Shown here: piece by piece, positions 13,996-28,015 of the stretch
Layout: every line of letters starts with the position of its first letter
How positions within the stretch are numbered: position 1 is the first letter of the stretch
NCBI GenBank assembly: GCA_013265495.1
Contig: MU058531.1
Location: 2,108,911 to 2,172,910, forward strand
DNA: 64,000 nt
Source: Vicugna vicugna
Lineage: Eukaryota
Direction: 5' to 3'
The notes under the pieces: model-generated
What the model saw: only the letters and a program-made list of their open reading frames with translations
Databases searched by the model: none
What the model was told of the DNA's origin: nothing
Program-made: the position numbers and the translations under genes

Positions 13996-14664
13996 AAAAC
14001 AAAATAATTCTTTGCCCATTAAAAAATATCTTTAGGATAATGTAAGTTATAAATCACTGTAATACAAATATAATCAAGATCATCATGATTATCAAAAAAA
14101 AATCCTTATGTGTATTAGCCCATTTAAATTCCAACATGAGTCAATTTAAAACTTTTGCTAGCCAACTGTATTGGTTAGGATGTAAGGAAATAGGGAATCT
14201 CCTATGTTGCCTGTATATTCAGCATCTCACATGAAGAAGACCCTTTCACACTTTCTTTTCTCCTCAAATCTCCAGCACCTCCTTCCTTGCCCATCTTCGC
14301 TCTCAACTGATGAACTTGCTTCTTGTCTGCTACTTCCCTGAGAAATTAGAAGTAGAATAAAATCCATGAACGCCTCCAAGTCCCTCAAAACTACCTCCAT
14401 CTATTCCCACATATAGTATAATCCACCTGTCCTCCTCTTACATTAGACAAACTGTCAGTGTTTCTATCCAAGACCATCTGTATCAGAAACATTTTCCTTT
14501 CTAATGAAACATAAACATAAACACACACACAAAGTCTTCTATGTTTAAAAAATTTTTTTCACCCACTCCCTCTTCCAGATACTATCATTTCTGTACTCTC
14601 TTTACAGCACAAAGCGCCTCAGAAGAGTAGTTCATGTCTCCATTTTCCCTCTTCCCATTTTCTC

Positions 14665-15120
14665 TTTTTAAAATGTTTTTATTGAGATACATTTTGTACA
14701 ACATAAAATTCACTGTTTAAAAGTGTACAAGTCAGTGGTTTATACAGAAGTATAGCAGTATTTTCACAGTTATGCAACCATTATCACTATCTAATTCCAG
14801 AACATTTCTATAACCCCCCAAAAGATACCCTGCACCTATCAGCAGTCAGCCCCAAAGCCCTCTCCCCGAGTCCCTGGCAACCACTCATTTATTTTCTGTC
14901 AGGATTTGCCGATACTGAACATTCATTTAAACAGGATCAGATATTATGTGGTCATCTTTGTCTCACTTCTGTCATAATATTTTCATGGTTCATCCATGTT
15001 GTAGCATGTTTTAGTACCTCACTCCTTTTTATGGCTGAATAATCACCCATTGTAGGGATAAAGCCACACATTGTTTATCGGTTGATCAACTGATAGACAT
15101 TTGGGCCCTTTCTCTTTTTT
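14665..15120 (-). mobile_element. L1MB-like 3' end inserted in an L2
   Basis: ttttattgagata...aaagtgtacaagtcagtgg...ggttcatccatgttgtagcatg. Confidence 0.75.
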
Positions 15121-15297
15121 GGAGGGCAGACCCTCTTTTGAACCTTCTCCAATCATACTTTAACCCTCTACATCTCACACTTCACCAAAACAACTCTAAC
15201 CAAGGTCATCAATTAACTCATTGCTAAATCCAATAGCCAATTCCTAGTCCTCACCTTAACTTATCTAAAGTATTTGACAAAGTTATAGCTTCATTCT

Positions 15298-16053
15298 CTT
15301 TTTTGTTTTTGCATGACATGTTTTTAAATTGAAGTATAGTTTATCTACAATGTTGTATTAGTTTCTGGTGTACAGCAGAGTGATTCAGTTATATATGTAT
15401 TTTTTTCATTCTTTTTCATTATAGGTTATTACAAGATATTGAATATAGTTCCTTGTGCTATACAGTAGGACCTTGATGTTTATCTATTCTGTATACAGTA
15501 GTTTCTATCTGCTAATCCCAAACTCCCAATTTATCCCTCCCTACCTTGCCCCTTTGGTAACCGTAAGTTTGTTTTCTATGTCTGTAAGTCTGTTTCTGTT
15601 TTGTATATAGATTCATTTCCATGATTTTTTTTTAGATTCCATATATAAGTGATATCATATAATATTTGTCTTTGTCCGACTTACTTCACCTAGTATGATA
15701 ATCCCCAGGTGCATCCATGTTGCTGCAAATGGCATTATTTCATTCTTTTTAATGGCTGAGTAGTATTCCATTGTATATACCACATTATATATACCACATT
15801 TTCTTTATCCAGTCATCTGTCAGTAGATATTTAGGTTGTTTCCATGCCTAGGCTACTGTAAATTGCACTGCTATGAACAATGGGGTGCATGTATCTTTTC
15901 AAATTGGAGTTTTCTCTGGATATATGCCCAGAAGCGGGATTGCTGGATCATATGGTAACTCTATTTTTAGTTTTGTAAGGACTCTCCGTACTGTTTTCCA
16001 TAGTGTCTGCACCAAATTACATTCCCACCAACAATGTAGGAGGGTTCCTTCAT
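15298..16053 (-). mobile_element. 5'-truncated L1 with target-site duplication (TSD)
   Basis: Minus [23 protein letters not shown]...[14 protein letters not shown]; flanked by gcttcattct at 15288-15297 and 16054-16063. Confidence 0.9.
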
Positions 16054-16715
16054 GCTTCATTCTTGAAACAGTTTCTTCATTTGACTTTCCAAGTACCACA
16101 TTCCTGTTTCTTCTCCCATCACATTGACTGCTCATTTCCAGTCTCCTTTGTTAAATCTTTTTTTATCACTGCAACTTCTAAGTGTTGAATTGCCCCAGGG
16201 CTCAGTCCCTGAACTTTTCTCATTTACACTCCCTAAGTGAACTCATCCAGACTTCTGATCATCTATCAGATGATATGCCATCTACAGTATGTTAATAATT
16301 CCCAAATTTATATCCCCAGCCCATAAATTCCCAACTTGAGCATTTCCTATTCAACATCTTCATATACATAAAGAGCGCCTGGAGGGTGAAATGCTACATG
16401 GAGAGAGAGGGGTTAAGGGAGATGTGAGAGTGATGGAGCCATCTTGGAAATGGATCCTCCAGCCACAGCCTGCCCCAGCCTGTCCCAGCTAATGCCATGT
16501 GGATCAGAGATAAGTTACTTGGCTCAGCCCTTCCTGAATTCCTGACACACAAAGTCACCAACACAACAAAATGAAGGAGTTTGTTATATAGCAATAAATA
16601 ACCGAGACACAGAGTGACAATGGTTAGTTACTGGTGTGAGGCATCTTAGCGGGTGGCCCTCAAGTATTTCTGGCTCCATTGCTAAGGGCATCGCTATGGT
16701 AAAGAGGCATGAAGG

Positions 16716-16889
16716 GTATAGCACAGGGAAATATATACAAGACCTTGTGGTAGCTCACAGCAAAAAGAAAATGTGACAATGAATATATATATATGTTCAC
16801 GTATAACTGAAAAATTGTGCTCTACACTGGAATTTGACACAACATTGTAAAGTGACTATAACTCAATAAAAAAATGTTAAAAAAAAAAA
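16716..16889 (+). mobile_element. Young, severely 5'-truncated L1 3' end with poly(A)
   Basis: Perfect 15-bp TSD aaagaggcatgaagg (16701-16715 and 16890-16904), AATAAA and A-tail. Confidence 0.88.
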
Positions 16890-17519
16890 AAAGAGGCATG
16901 AAGGTCCTTCACCCTGAAGCCAATACACTTTGGAGCAATCCAGCTCCTCTCCCTCCGGTGCTGTGTCCACCAGACAACAGTCTGAGGCCCACAGAGACCA
17001 GGCTAAATCTCTGGCACCCATGGCCAATTAATAAATGACCTCTGTCTTTCCCCACAGCTTGATCGCTGGGTGAGAATACGCTGATTACAAGGCCATAAGT
17101 GTGCTAGTCTGTCCATACGAGAACTGTAAATCTCACCACAACTTAATAAATGGGCATTTTGAAATCAGCCTTCTTGTGAAAGTTTTTCGGTTGGTTGGTC
17201 TTCAGTGACCAAGAAAAGCAAGTGTTTGAGTCTTCAGAGCAGAAACAGGACAATTTCAACTGGCTTTTGTTTAGATGTCTCACCTGTGAACCCATTCCAG
17301 ATGTACTTGTTTTCTATTGATCTACACTGTTTACTATCCCCATTTAGCAGATGAGAACACAGAGGTTAAGTGCCTCAAAGGTTCTCCTCTCTGTGTCTAT
17401 TCTGTTTGCTCATTCCCCAAGACTGTGACATCTCCCACGTATCAATGATGTGAGGCCTTTTTAAAACTGAGTTTTAATTTTATATAGTAAAATAGACAAT
17501 TTTTAAAGGTAACAACCTT

Positions 17520-18345
17520 TCTGTATACAGAAAGAAATCTATTGCTATACATAAAATTAAAATTCTGTAGTTAAAGTACTAAATCAGAAAAGATTAGCAT
17601 TTAGACCAAATAGTGCATTTCATTTATTCCACAAACAATTGTCGTGTGACGAGCCTGTACGCTACAGCAATGAGCCGGACAAGACGTGACTCCTGCCCTC
17701 ACCGAGCTTGTGGACCTTTATACACATACGAATATTTATTGGGGAAAAACGTGTGCATAAATGGACCCACGCAGTTCAAACTCGTGTTGTTCAAGGGTCA
17801 ATTGTATACCCGCTGTGTGACCACCATCCCCTCCAGATAGAACATTTCCATCTCCCTAGAAAATATCCTTTTCCCAGTTAATATATCCCTCCCACAGAGG
17901 CAACCCTATCCAGACACCTACCAACAGTCTTTTTAATTTTAGCCATGCTGGTGGGTGTAGTAATAGTATCTGATTACTGTGATTTAATTCTCACAAAGGT
18001 TGTTAAGGTTGCAACTAATGTGCTACCTCAGCCTTCAGGCTGCTACAGAAGAGGATTAACAACTGCCAAGGCTTTGGCTGAATAACCACGCAACCCCAAT
18101 TTTTAATTATGTGGATAGTGATAATTCAAATTATAACTCTAATTATTTCCTCATCTGTATACAGAAAGAAATCTGTTGCTATACATAAAATTAAAATTCT
18201 GTAGTTAAAGTACTGAATCAGAAAAGATTAGCATTTAGACCAAATAGTGCATTTCATTTATTCCACAAACAATTGTCGTGTGACGAGCCTGTACGCTACA
18301 GCAATGAGCCGGACAAGACGTGACTCCTGCCCTCACCGAGCTTGT
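17520..18345 (+). repeat. 192-bp direct repeat pair (17520-17711 and 18154-18345)
   Basis: The two copies differ at 2 positions by eye; 442-bp spacer. Confidence 0.93.
17725..17806. mobile_element. Tigger2-like DNA transposon terminus
   Basis: ggacccacgcagttcaaactcgtgttgttcaagggtcaattgta resembles the Tigger2/MER28 terminal sequence ending at TA. Confidence 0.7.
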
Positions 18346-20216
18346 AGTCTACTCATATAACAAATCTCTTACTTCTAGTGAATACCGCCATTAATTTAAT
18401 TTGCCATGGTAGATTTCTAAGAGGCTTTGAAGGCTTTGCTCTGCCCTGTTTTTCACCAGCAGCTGCTGGTCCTAATTTGGTTGGTTGTTCACACCATTGT
18501 AACTATATGTCAATTAACGGTCCTTTTGCCCCTTCTCAGAGTAATTCATCAAAAACATACTTTCTGACACAACCATGTGTAACCAACTTGACATTCCTCT
18601 TTTTCTGAGGTATTAATGATAATTATTTCTCTTCAAAGCTTCTCACCAAACTATCTGCTATAGCTCCCCCCAGTTTTTTTTCTTTTGTGGTTAAAAAATA
18701 ACATTTACCATCTTAACCTCAAAAGGAGTTCTTAACATCCTAAACTGACTCATCTTTTTTAAAAGTTTTTCTCCTTTCACACATTACTCACCAGAGCTAC
18801 ATTTATCATTTTACCAAATACAATTTAAACAATTTTACAACTCCTCTGAGGAATCTCTGCGATGATTTTTAATCCAGTAGTTCAACCAGGTTTTGAGTTA
18901 AAGCGGATTCTATGAGCTTCCCTGGGGCCCAGCAACTAATAATAAAAGAAACAGGACTAGACCCTGGCCATTGGATCTCTTTGGCAGCTTCTGCAGATGT
19001 GGGATTCCAGGGGGGAACATTTAGACACCCAGTGGCCCACAGGAGTCCTCTCTGCAGTCCCAGGAAATACTGAGCTGTCAGAAAGTGGAAGGCATGAACA
19101 CTAATGCCAAGGACCAACTTCTATTAACACATTATTTTCCTCAAGCGCTGCTGAGAGCAACTGCACTGCGTTTGACCTGACAATTCCAGGTCATTTTATC
19201 AAAAATTAAGATTTCCAGGTACTGCTTACCATGCACAGTTATTTTATATTTGGACCTGGAAATCTGTTCAATTTTCATTTTTATCAAAGTAATACATGTT
19301 TATGTTTGTAAACACCAAATTTCCAAATTTCATTCCCTAAGGTAGATCCACAACAATTTCATGTACTTCCCCCAGCATCTATCTCCATAGGTCTGAATAC
19401 ATGTATACAGTCATTTCTTGCTTTATCTATTTTTCACCATTTTCTATTGATTTCTCACTCAATTAGCTCTCTCAAAAGGCCAACACCTATTTTCCTGTCT
19501 TCTAATCCCCTCAACATATAGTTATATCACATTATTATGACTACATACATTGTTTACTGTTGAACCACACCCCTTTTTTTCTATTATCCCTTCATTTTTT
19601 CCTGTAGTTCATAATTGCCTATTTTTTTATTTGACTGACCCTCTATGTTCTTATTTTTAAAAATTTCCCAAATCCTATGCTATCTGTTACATACTTATCA
19701 GTAATATTTTCCATTCTTTCTAATATATTAGTTCCCTTTTTTTCTAGATATTTTTCTCCTGGAGCCTTTGCCTTCCTGCTCCACACTGGAAGACTTGCTA
19801 TCTAGATTTGTCACAATCGAAATCCTGGGACTTCACTTCTCCTCCATGTGAGTAGAGCTGCCTCTGTTTGTGCCCAGCTGAGTGGACAATGAGGAAGAAA
19901 TCTAGCCCATTCTTGGCTCAACAAACTGTGCATCCTGGCAGCTGCAACTGCGTGGAGGGGATCCTTTTTTCTTACATCCTTACAGAAGAGGAATTGTTTC
20001 GTAGTTCACACAAAAGCTCCATTTAGGCAGTCCTGATAATGGATTCCTGTTTCCTTTCTTTTTTTTTCCTGTTTCCTTGATCTGATGATTATTATTTCTT
20101 CCTCTTTCTCCTCTTCTTCGTCCCCTCCTCCTTCCCTCTCTAAGTGGAGTACATCCTCTGGTATAAAGAGCTTTTGTTTTGGGTTTTTTTTTTTGAAACT
20201 CTGTATGTTTGTTTGT

Positions 20217-20317
20217 CAGGAGGTAATTAGGTTTATTTGTTCTATTTTAACAGAGGTACTAGGACCTCATGCATGCTAAACATGCACTCACTCTATCCCT
20301 AAGCTACATCCTTCCCC
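20217..20317 (-). mobile_element. tRNA-derived SINE (camelid Vic-1-like)
   Basis: gaggtaattaggtttattt...gaggtactaggacctcatgcatgctaaacatgcactc. Confidence 0.8.
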
Positions 20318-20328
20318 TAGAAACTGCC

Positions 20329-20462
20329 TTTTTTTTTTTAATATTTATTGGGGATAACTAATTAGGCTTACTTATTTATTTTATTTTTAGAAGAAGCACT
20401 GGAGATTGAACCGAGGACCTTGTGCATGCTAAGTATGCACTCTACCACTGAGCTATACCCTC
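20329..20462 (-). mobile_element. tRNA-derived SINE (Vic-1-like)
   Basis: gattgaaccgaggaccttgtgcatgctaagtatgcactctaccactgagctataccc with T-tail. Confidence 0.87.
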
Positions 20463-21689
20463 GCTTCTACATGTTTTTTTTTTTTAACACAATACATCTA
20501 TTCTGTAACATACTATCTTCCATAAACAATTTATCTTGGGCTTCTTTCCATGTCTATTCATTTAGCTCTGTCTTGACTATTTAATAGTTGTGTAGTGTTC
20601 AATGGTATTGGAAATATTAGGTCCTATTTACACAATCCATTTGGTTGTCTCCTTTTTACACATTTGTACCAGCATTTCTGAAGTCTTCTATACTAGTCAT
20701 CTGGATTGAAACAGCCTGGACTGATTTCAGTTCCAACTCTACCACTTTGTAATAGGCAAGATACCAAACTCCTTTTTGCCTCAATATCCCCAGCTGTAAA
20801 ATGAGAATTATAACAGTTCTTGTAGCATAGGGTGTATTGTAAGAATGAAATGATACAGACTATATAAAATGCTTATTACTTGGCACGCTTAAGTACTCAT
20901 TAAATATTGGTTCTTAATTTTTTATCATTAACAATAAGATTAATAAATAGTCCCTATTATAATTACCATCACTTCTCAAGAAAGCAAAAAACAGTAAATA
21001 GGGAAAGTTGTAATTAGTAATGAAGAAAAATTCTATCATTATCATTTAAAGGCACTCTACTAGACAGGCAGTTAATGAAAGTATATTTTAGGGTATAAAG
21101 AATTTTACATTAAGCTAGTTACACAAGAAAAATCTGAACAATTTGTATTTTAAATAAGAATGAACAGGACTTCTGAGGCCCAGAAGGGAAGACATTAACT
21201 GGTAATTAGAAAAATCAATCTCTTAGCTGAAAGTTTTAATAGCTTCCTTTGTTCTTTTATCCTAACTGCTACATGGACCTAGAAGTGGCTGGAGGGAAGG
21301 CAGAGCCATGAGGGTTCCTGGCGGGAACCATGGGACTAGCAGCACCTCAGGGTGGGGCTGAGGTCCCTCCAGCATCGTTAATACCTTCCCACTAGGGATT
21401 AGTATCCCTCTTTTATAGCTTAGGAAGCTGAGGCTCAAAGACCACATCACTTAAGCTCCCTGGTTTGCATCTCTCAGAAACCAAGGCTGACTGAAGGAAA
21501 GGGGATTTTTAGGCAGCAATGTTTGGAGCTCACAGGGTGGGAGGGGTGGCTGGAGAGCCTGGACCAGAAACAAGCAGGATCTCGCAGGTGATATGGGGCA
21601 GAGGCAGGAACCAAGTCCAAGCTTTTCAACACTCAGATTCTGATTCCAGAATCTGGAACCATCTAGTTGCCAGGAGCTTGAGAATGGAT

Positions 21690-21830
21690 GTACAGGCCTG
21701 CAGCTTCAGCATCACCTGGGAACTTGGATAGAAATGGAGAATTTCAGGCCCCACCTTGGACTTGCCGAATCACGATCTGCATTTCAAGAAAGTCCCCATA
21801 TCTGTGCACATTACAATTTGGGAAGCTCTG
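21690..21830. mobile_element. MER5A-like hAT element
   Basis: cagcatcacctgggaacttg...aatttcaggccccacc...ctgcatttcaag. Confidence 0.7.
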
Positions 21831-24546
21831 GGAAGAGCCCCTAAAGAACACCTAATCTCTGTTCAACTTCCCCATGGGGAAGAGGTGATTCTTCAACAGG
21901 AAATCTGGGTGCTTCTCAGAAAAGGAAGAGGGGTGGACTCTCGGAGAGCCGTAAATGGTATGGTCTCCACCAGAGAGCACAGGCTGGTCTCTACCAGACT
22001 GCCTCCTCCTATTCATCCTCGGGACATGTGGGCAGACCATTTCTGTTGACAGTAAGACAGGGTTTTTCACTCTAGATTGGAGTTCTTGGAGCTGCTGACA
22101 TCTGGGAGATCTGTGAGAGGCCTCTGCTATAATATCATTGATCTTTTTAAACTGATGAGTGTTAAAAACGTTTTCCCCTCTCACACAACTTTTTTGACAA
22201 AGATTGAATGTTAAGCCAGCAGCTGCGTTCCTTTTTCTCAGTGGTGCCTCTTTCACAGGAAATGGCTATAGATTTATTCCCATATTAAAGGGAATAATAA
22301 AGATTAAAGTTTTGTAAGGCCTTGAATCCAGGTGCCAAAGGACAAAGGAAGCATCTGGCTTTGCCAGCACAAAGGCTCTGGGACAGAAAAAGCAAGATGT
22401 GAGCATTCAAATGGCAAAGAAGAGCAACTTCATATTCTTTCATCTGGCAATGCCTTGACAAGGGGCTTCTACAGGAGAGGTCTGTTTGGAGACTTTCCTG
22501 CCTCCTGGAGCCCTGCTCCTCTTTCTACCAGGCCTCTCTTACATGGACTGAGCAAGCCAACGATGGTCTGTGGTTAAGAGCAGGGCACATGGACCGCTAT
22601 CCTTGGTCCTGAACCATCGTTATGAGTTGCCGCAGAAATTCACAACCTGACTGCAAATCTGAGTCAATGGGAAAGGTAGAGAAATGAATGGATTGCAAAG
22701 ACCCCATCCCTAGATATCCTGACTCAGTAGGTCTCTGCATTAAAAGCAAAAACAAAAAACAAAACAAACAACAACAACAAAAAAGACAAGACAAATCTGA
22801 AAGTCAGGCCTGGACTACAGCTTGGAAATCATTCTACTAGGGTATGCTTATTGCTCCTAAGCCTATGCAGTAGGCCTCTGTTGCTTTTTTTTTTTTCCTG
22901 TTAATATTTATTCCTCAATCTTCTAGACATACACCTTGGTTCTTATAACAGAGCCAACTCAAAGGCAGATAGAGCTGAGAGATGGAGAGAGATCAGTCCA
23001 AATGACCTTGTCTGAGCCACTGAATCAAGTGGCCCTGAAGTCAGAAACTACCCTGGACTTCTCAGAGTTAAGACATTCCCTTCATTGCTTAAGCCAGCTT
23101 GGCTTGGGTTTCTGTCATTTGCAACCAAACCTAACATTTCTTAGGACTCCAGTGACCCTTACATATCTTCTCTTAAGAATTCTCTCCTATGAATTCTGAA
23201 CCAAGTGAGAGAAGAGGCAGTATGGAGAAGAGCTGGGACCTGAGCAAGAACAAGGAAAATAAGCCAAAAGTTTGCCAGGGACAAATAAGAACGGCTCTAA
23301 TTTGGACAATGTTTCCAAATAATCAGTTACTAAGGATGAAACCTCAAAGAACTGTAAAAGACCACTTAACTGAAAAAAAGTCAAAAGCATGGGTGGATCC
23401 AGGGGACCAGGCGGGACCAATGTCGATATATACATCCAGCAGAGGTGACCTAGGTTGAGTGTCACCGAAGTGTTCACAGATTTTGTTTTTACTTTCCACC
23501 TCAAAAACCTTGTTACTTTACTCTGTCCTTGATATCTCTGATTTATGCTACATGGTTTCCATGGTTGATCTCACTCAGCTTTTTGTTTGACATTTACAAT
23601 GTTTGTCCTCTCTGAGTGGCTGGGGCAGTATGAACCCCTCCATCAGCACACTGTGCTCAATGTTTGCTCCCTCCAGTGGCACTGCAGGGTGGGAGACATG
23701 TATGATATTTACACCCCAAGGAGTTTTGCACCCATAACAAAAATACTAAAAGATCAAAAGGTTTTCAGGACTAGAGGGAATAACCACAGTGGTATAATTT
23801 CAGACCATCATTTCTCCAAAATAGGAGGTACATTTAGGAATAGGAAAACATGACAAAAATGCCTGTATCCCTTCCATGTAGTTTTGAGAGTATTCCTGCC
23901 TGCCTAGAGTAGGAAAAGAGGCCTAATTAGTGCACGTTGAAGTGGGTTAACATTGCATTACTGGAGAAGGGAGAATTGCCTGACAGATTCCAAGAGAGAG
24001 GTAATCGGGTAGGAGGAGAGGACCCAGATGAAAGACCACTGCGGAGACCTAAAAAGCCAGAGTAAAACATAAAAGGAGGCTATTTTTAGGGACAGGGATG
24101 CTAGATCAGATTGCTGGACAAGCAGATCAAGACACTTGGAAATGGTCATTAGAAACATCTTGAAAGCCAGTGACTCTGAGCAAAAGAGTGTCAGGGCAAA
24201 GCTGTGGTGTTTGAATGAATGTCAAGAGACGTGCAATTTTAAACAAATTCTGGGGAGTCAGAAAATGCCTCCAAGCTATATGCAAAGCCCAAGAAAATGA
24301 TCTGTCCCCTTTTGGACAGGTTGCTCCTCTAATGTGGTACAAAGTTGTTAGATCATGAACATCGTATTACATTGACCTTTTAAAACGCTGTAGCTGCAAG
24401 TCTGGAGGAGAGAGAGAGCACACAGGGGAGCTCTGGGGACAGGTTTTCACTGGATTTTTGGCCTGGGCTCACCTTTAATTATTTGTGAAACTATACATTG
24501 GTATTATTTGGACTTCTCTCTATATTTCACAATAAAACCATAATAA

Positions 24547-24582
24547 ATACATACATACATACATACATACATACATACATAC
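24547..24582 (+). repeat. (TACA)n tetranucleotide repeat
   Basis: About 9 units of taca. Confidence 0.9.
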
Positions 24583-24776
24583 AAACAGAAATATTGAGTC
24601 AGTGAGAAATGAAGGGAACCAGGGAAGAGGGAGCATCCTCTGGGGGATGTTATTATATGCCCATTAGAAACAGTGTTTATGAAAAGTTTTGATATAGGAC
24701 AATGTTAATGATACGGTGTTAAGTGAATAAGGAGGCTACATATGTATATGTACAAACATATCTATTAAAACTCTAA

Positions 24777-24825
24777 CACAACACTGTAAAATGATTATGA
24801 ATCAATAAAAATGTTAAAGAAAAAA
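24777..24825 (+). mobile_element. 49-bp L1 3' tail insertion
   Basis: TSD aaaactctaa (24767-24776 and 24826-24835); sequence resembles the L1 tail at 16835-16889. Confidence 0.75.
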
Positions 24826-26479
24826 AAAACTCTAAAATATGTGTATGTGTAAGAAAAGGATTGAGAATAAAGTTGCTATCACCACACCGTTTACGCCCAC
24901 TTCCTCAAAGGAAGGGAGGCTGCTTTGGTAGTGCACTGGCTGGTTCCTGTGCAACAAATACGGTGTAAACAGTTAGGAGCATGTTTAAGGCTCTGGAGGT
25001 CCAATCCCACTTAGTAGTTGGGTCCCTTGGACAACATGCTTAACCTCTCTGAAGCTATAATAATAATGCTGTTGGGGAAATAGGCTCTATTTAAAACCTT
25101 CCTAGCCTGCCAGCATGGTTTAGGGAGGTCTGATTTATTAGACCCACTCCAGCCCAAGATTGAGGAGGTTTTCATAGTCTGAAACTTTCTCCTATTTGGA
25201 TGGGGCTGGAGATGATTATTAAGGGTTCAGAACCCCCTTGGACCCATAACTTGCTGCTGTCATCTCTTTTTTGTTTGCTTTGTTTTGTAATGATATTCCT
25301 TGATCCAACAGGGGAAGTTGAAATGGGTGAACTGGAGTTCATGCCATGCCCAGGATATGAAGATGTACCTCCTTGCAGCCTGCCCCTGTTCCCCAAGCAT
25401 CAGGGCTGGCTGGCAGGGCCCAAATTCCATTGATTTTGATCCTATTTAGGGAGACAAGCTTTGGAAATTCTAGAAATCAAAACACTTCTCTGGCCAGATC
25501 ACCAGTATAGAGTTATTCTGGACCTACCAAGTCTTTAAAATCAATTTTTTTCTGTCTAACCCTTGATAATCAGTATGATCCATGGTTGTCTTTTGGAAGA
25601 GAAGAACATTTGTGATGAGATTTAGTTGAGAAAAATTCCTTGAGTGAGACAACATCTCTTTCATGTTTCCTCATTCCATTCTAGGTTAGAGGAACACAAT
25701 CAGAACTTTAAAAGTATCCTCTAAAATACCTCCTTTGAAAGTTGTTGTGATTTGGTGAGAAGAGGGGAGCAGCCTGGGACTCAGTTTCTAGTTCCATAGC
25801 CAGCCAGCTGCAGATTTCAGGATCAGATGCTTCACACTTTGAAGCCTGCCTTTCCACTGTAAAATGGGGTTTGTTCAACTCTGCGGTCCTCTGGGTACCA
25901 GAAATCAAAGTTTACTCAAGCCAACCCAGGCAAAGCGTGTCTGTGTTGGTACTGAGTGCGGAGGGGGAGAGCTGGCACAGATGCCAAGCACAGAAAATGA
26001 GGCACAGTCAGGCTCCCTGGGATTTTTCTGTCTCCTCTCCTGGGGGCAGAGTGGGTCTGTCTCTTGGATGGTTTCTGCTTCTCACTGTGTTCCTCCATTC
26101 TCCTTTCCAGCTTGAGTACCTGACAACAACTATGACCCTTTCAGTCTCTTAAATCAGCTCCAAAAGAGGACATTCACTTGATCATTTCATTCCTGTCAAG
26201 GTAAGGATATAAGTCGTAAACTATTAGCTGACCTTTGATTGGCTGATGAGTAAGAGCTCCACCTCTGGTCCAGGACTGTGGGTGGGGGTAGGTGGGGGCA
26301 GATCTGTTCTTGATGAGGCTTGGTTGGGCAGGCAATGAATTCTGTCTTTTGCAGAAATAATAAGAGCCTTGTCTGACAAGGATCATATGACATAATTGTG
26401 AAACTGCTTTAGAAATCAAGTGTAAATTTGTTATTCTAATTATTATTCAAAATTATTAGGGGACTTAAAATAGAACAAA

Positions 26480-27410
26480 GAATCAGAGCCCGGAGGCAAC
26501 TTGAAGGAGCTCCCAATGGCCAAATCTGGTACAATTTGAGCAACAAAATGATGACGGTGAGGGATTACTGCCCACAGGAAAATAAATATCTCTAGGTCTT
26601 TGTGATATAAATAGTTGAATAAATTTTAAAATGTAGGAAAAGGGAAAGCTCTTCCTTAGAGTAGAATTCCAACTAAATAAAAGTACAAGAAAGGATTGAA
26701 ATAGAAAAATCGCCACTTGGCAAATAACACAGTAATAATAATTGCAAGCAGGGATCATCAGTGTGGATGCCAAAACTCATAAGCAAATGTAGGATAGAAA
26801 TGGGTATTTATGTAGTCTCAAAGTAGCTCTCCCAAGATACTTATTGATTGCAAAGGGGAAAATAGTAACTTTACAGTGGAGAAATATGGCAGACACCTCC
26901 TCAACCAACTGTTCAAAATTAACAGCACTAGGAATGCAACATATCAGCATCACATGCCTCTTGAGGTGATGCAAGGAGGACTCAGCTTCCCTTCTGTGAC
27001 ATCCTTTTAAAAATGCATAACCTGAATTTAACCATGAGGAAACATCATATAAACTCCAACTGAGAGACATTCTATAAATCATCAGACAGTGCTCTTCAAA
27101 AGTGTGAAGTTTGTGAAAGACAAAACCAAAAAGCAAACAAAAGTGAGAAACTCTCTGAGATGGGAGAAAATTAAGGAGACACGAAAACCAAATGCAAGGT
27201 ATGATCCTGGATTTGATCCTCGGCCAGAAAAAGATCATTAGTGAGATGATGGGAAACACCTGAATAAAGTCAGTCAGTATATTGATATGCTACTTACTAG
27301 TATATATCAATACTAATTTCCTGGTTTTGATAATTGTCTGTGGCTTGTAGATAATGTTAACATTTGAGGAAGCTGTAGAAAGGTAATAAAGGAATTCTTG
27401 TGCTACTTAT
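26480..27410 (+). mobile_element. L1MC-like 3' region
   Basis: ttgcaaaggggaaaatagtaactttacagtggagaaa...cctgaatttaaccatgaggaaacatca. Confidence 0.75.
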
Positions 27411-27418
27411 ACAATTAC

Positions 27419-27536
27419 TTTTTGGTGGGAGGGAGATAATTAGGTTTATTTATTTTTAGAGGAGGTACTGGGGATTGAACCTAGTACCTCGTGCATGCTA
27501 AGCATGTGCTCTACCACTTGACCTATACCTTCCCCC
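27419..27536 (-). mobile_element. tRNA-derived SINE (Vic-1-like)
   Basis: gaggtactggggattgaacctagtacctcgtgcatgctaagcatgtgctctaccact. Confidence 0.87.
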
Positions 27537-28015
27537 ACAGTTTTATTTTCAAGCCTGAAATTATTTCAAAATTCAAAATGAACAAGCCTAAAAAATAAAA
27601 CGAGAGAACTCATTAGTGCTGATATGGAATAATCTCCAAAATATATTATTGAGTGAAAAAAATGTTACCTTTCGTGTAGAAGGGGGTCACACACACCCAC
27701 ACACACCCACACACACCCACACATATATTGGAATCTATGTAGAATACGTCTTGAAGAAAATGCAAACAACTGTTAATTGTGGTTGCCACTAGGGCGGGAA
27801 ACTGGGACACTGACAGTTGGGAGACTTGTTAGGATATATTTTTTTTTATATTGTTTGAGGTTTTAAAAAATACCACACATATTTTATCTTTAAAATATCA
27901 TGCTTTTCTAGGGTGGCGACTGAGTATGTGGGGCCACCCCAGGAGCGAAAGTTGTCATATTCCCTCCATTTTAACTTCCCATTGCAAACAATAAAGACTG
28001 TTTGTACCATTAAAA

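Noticed and set aside
21852..22256. 134-aa minus ORF, or a snoRNA suggested by TGATGA near 22153
   Set aside because: No recognisable protein similarity and no convincing D box with terminal stem.
26777..27259. 160-aa minus ORF, and similar ORFs at 48695, 50008 and 54606
   Set aside because: These are antisense frames of L1 remnants.
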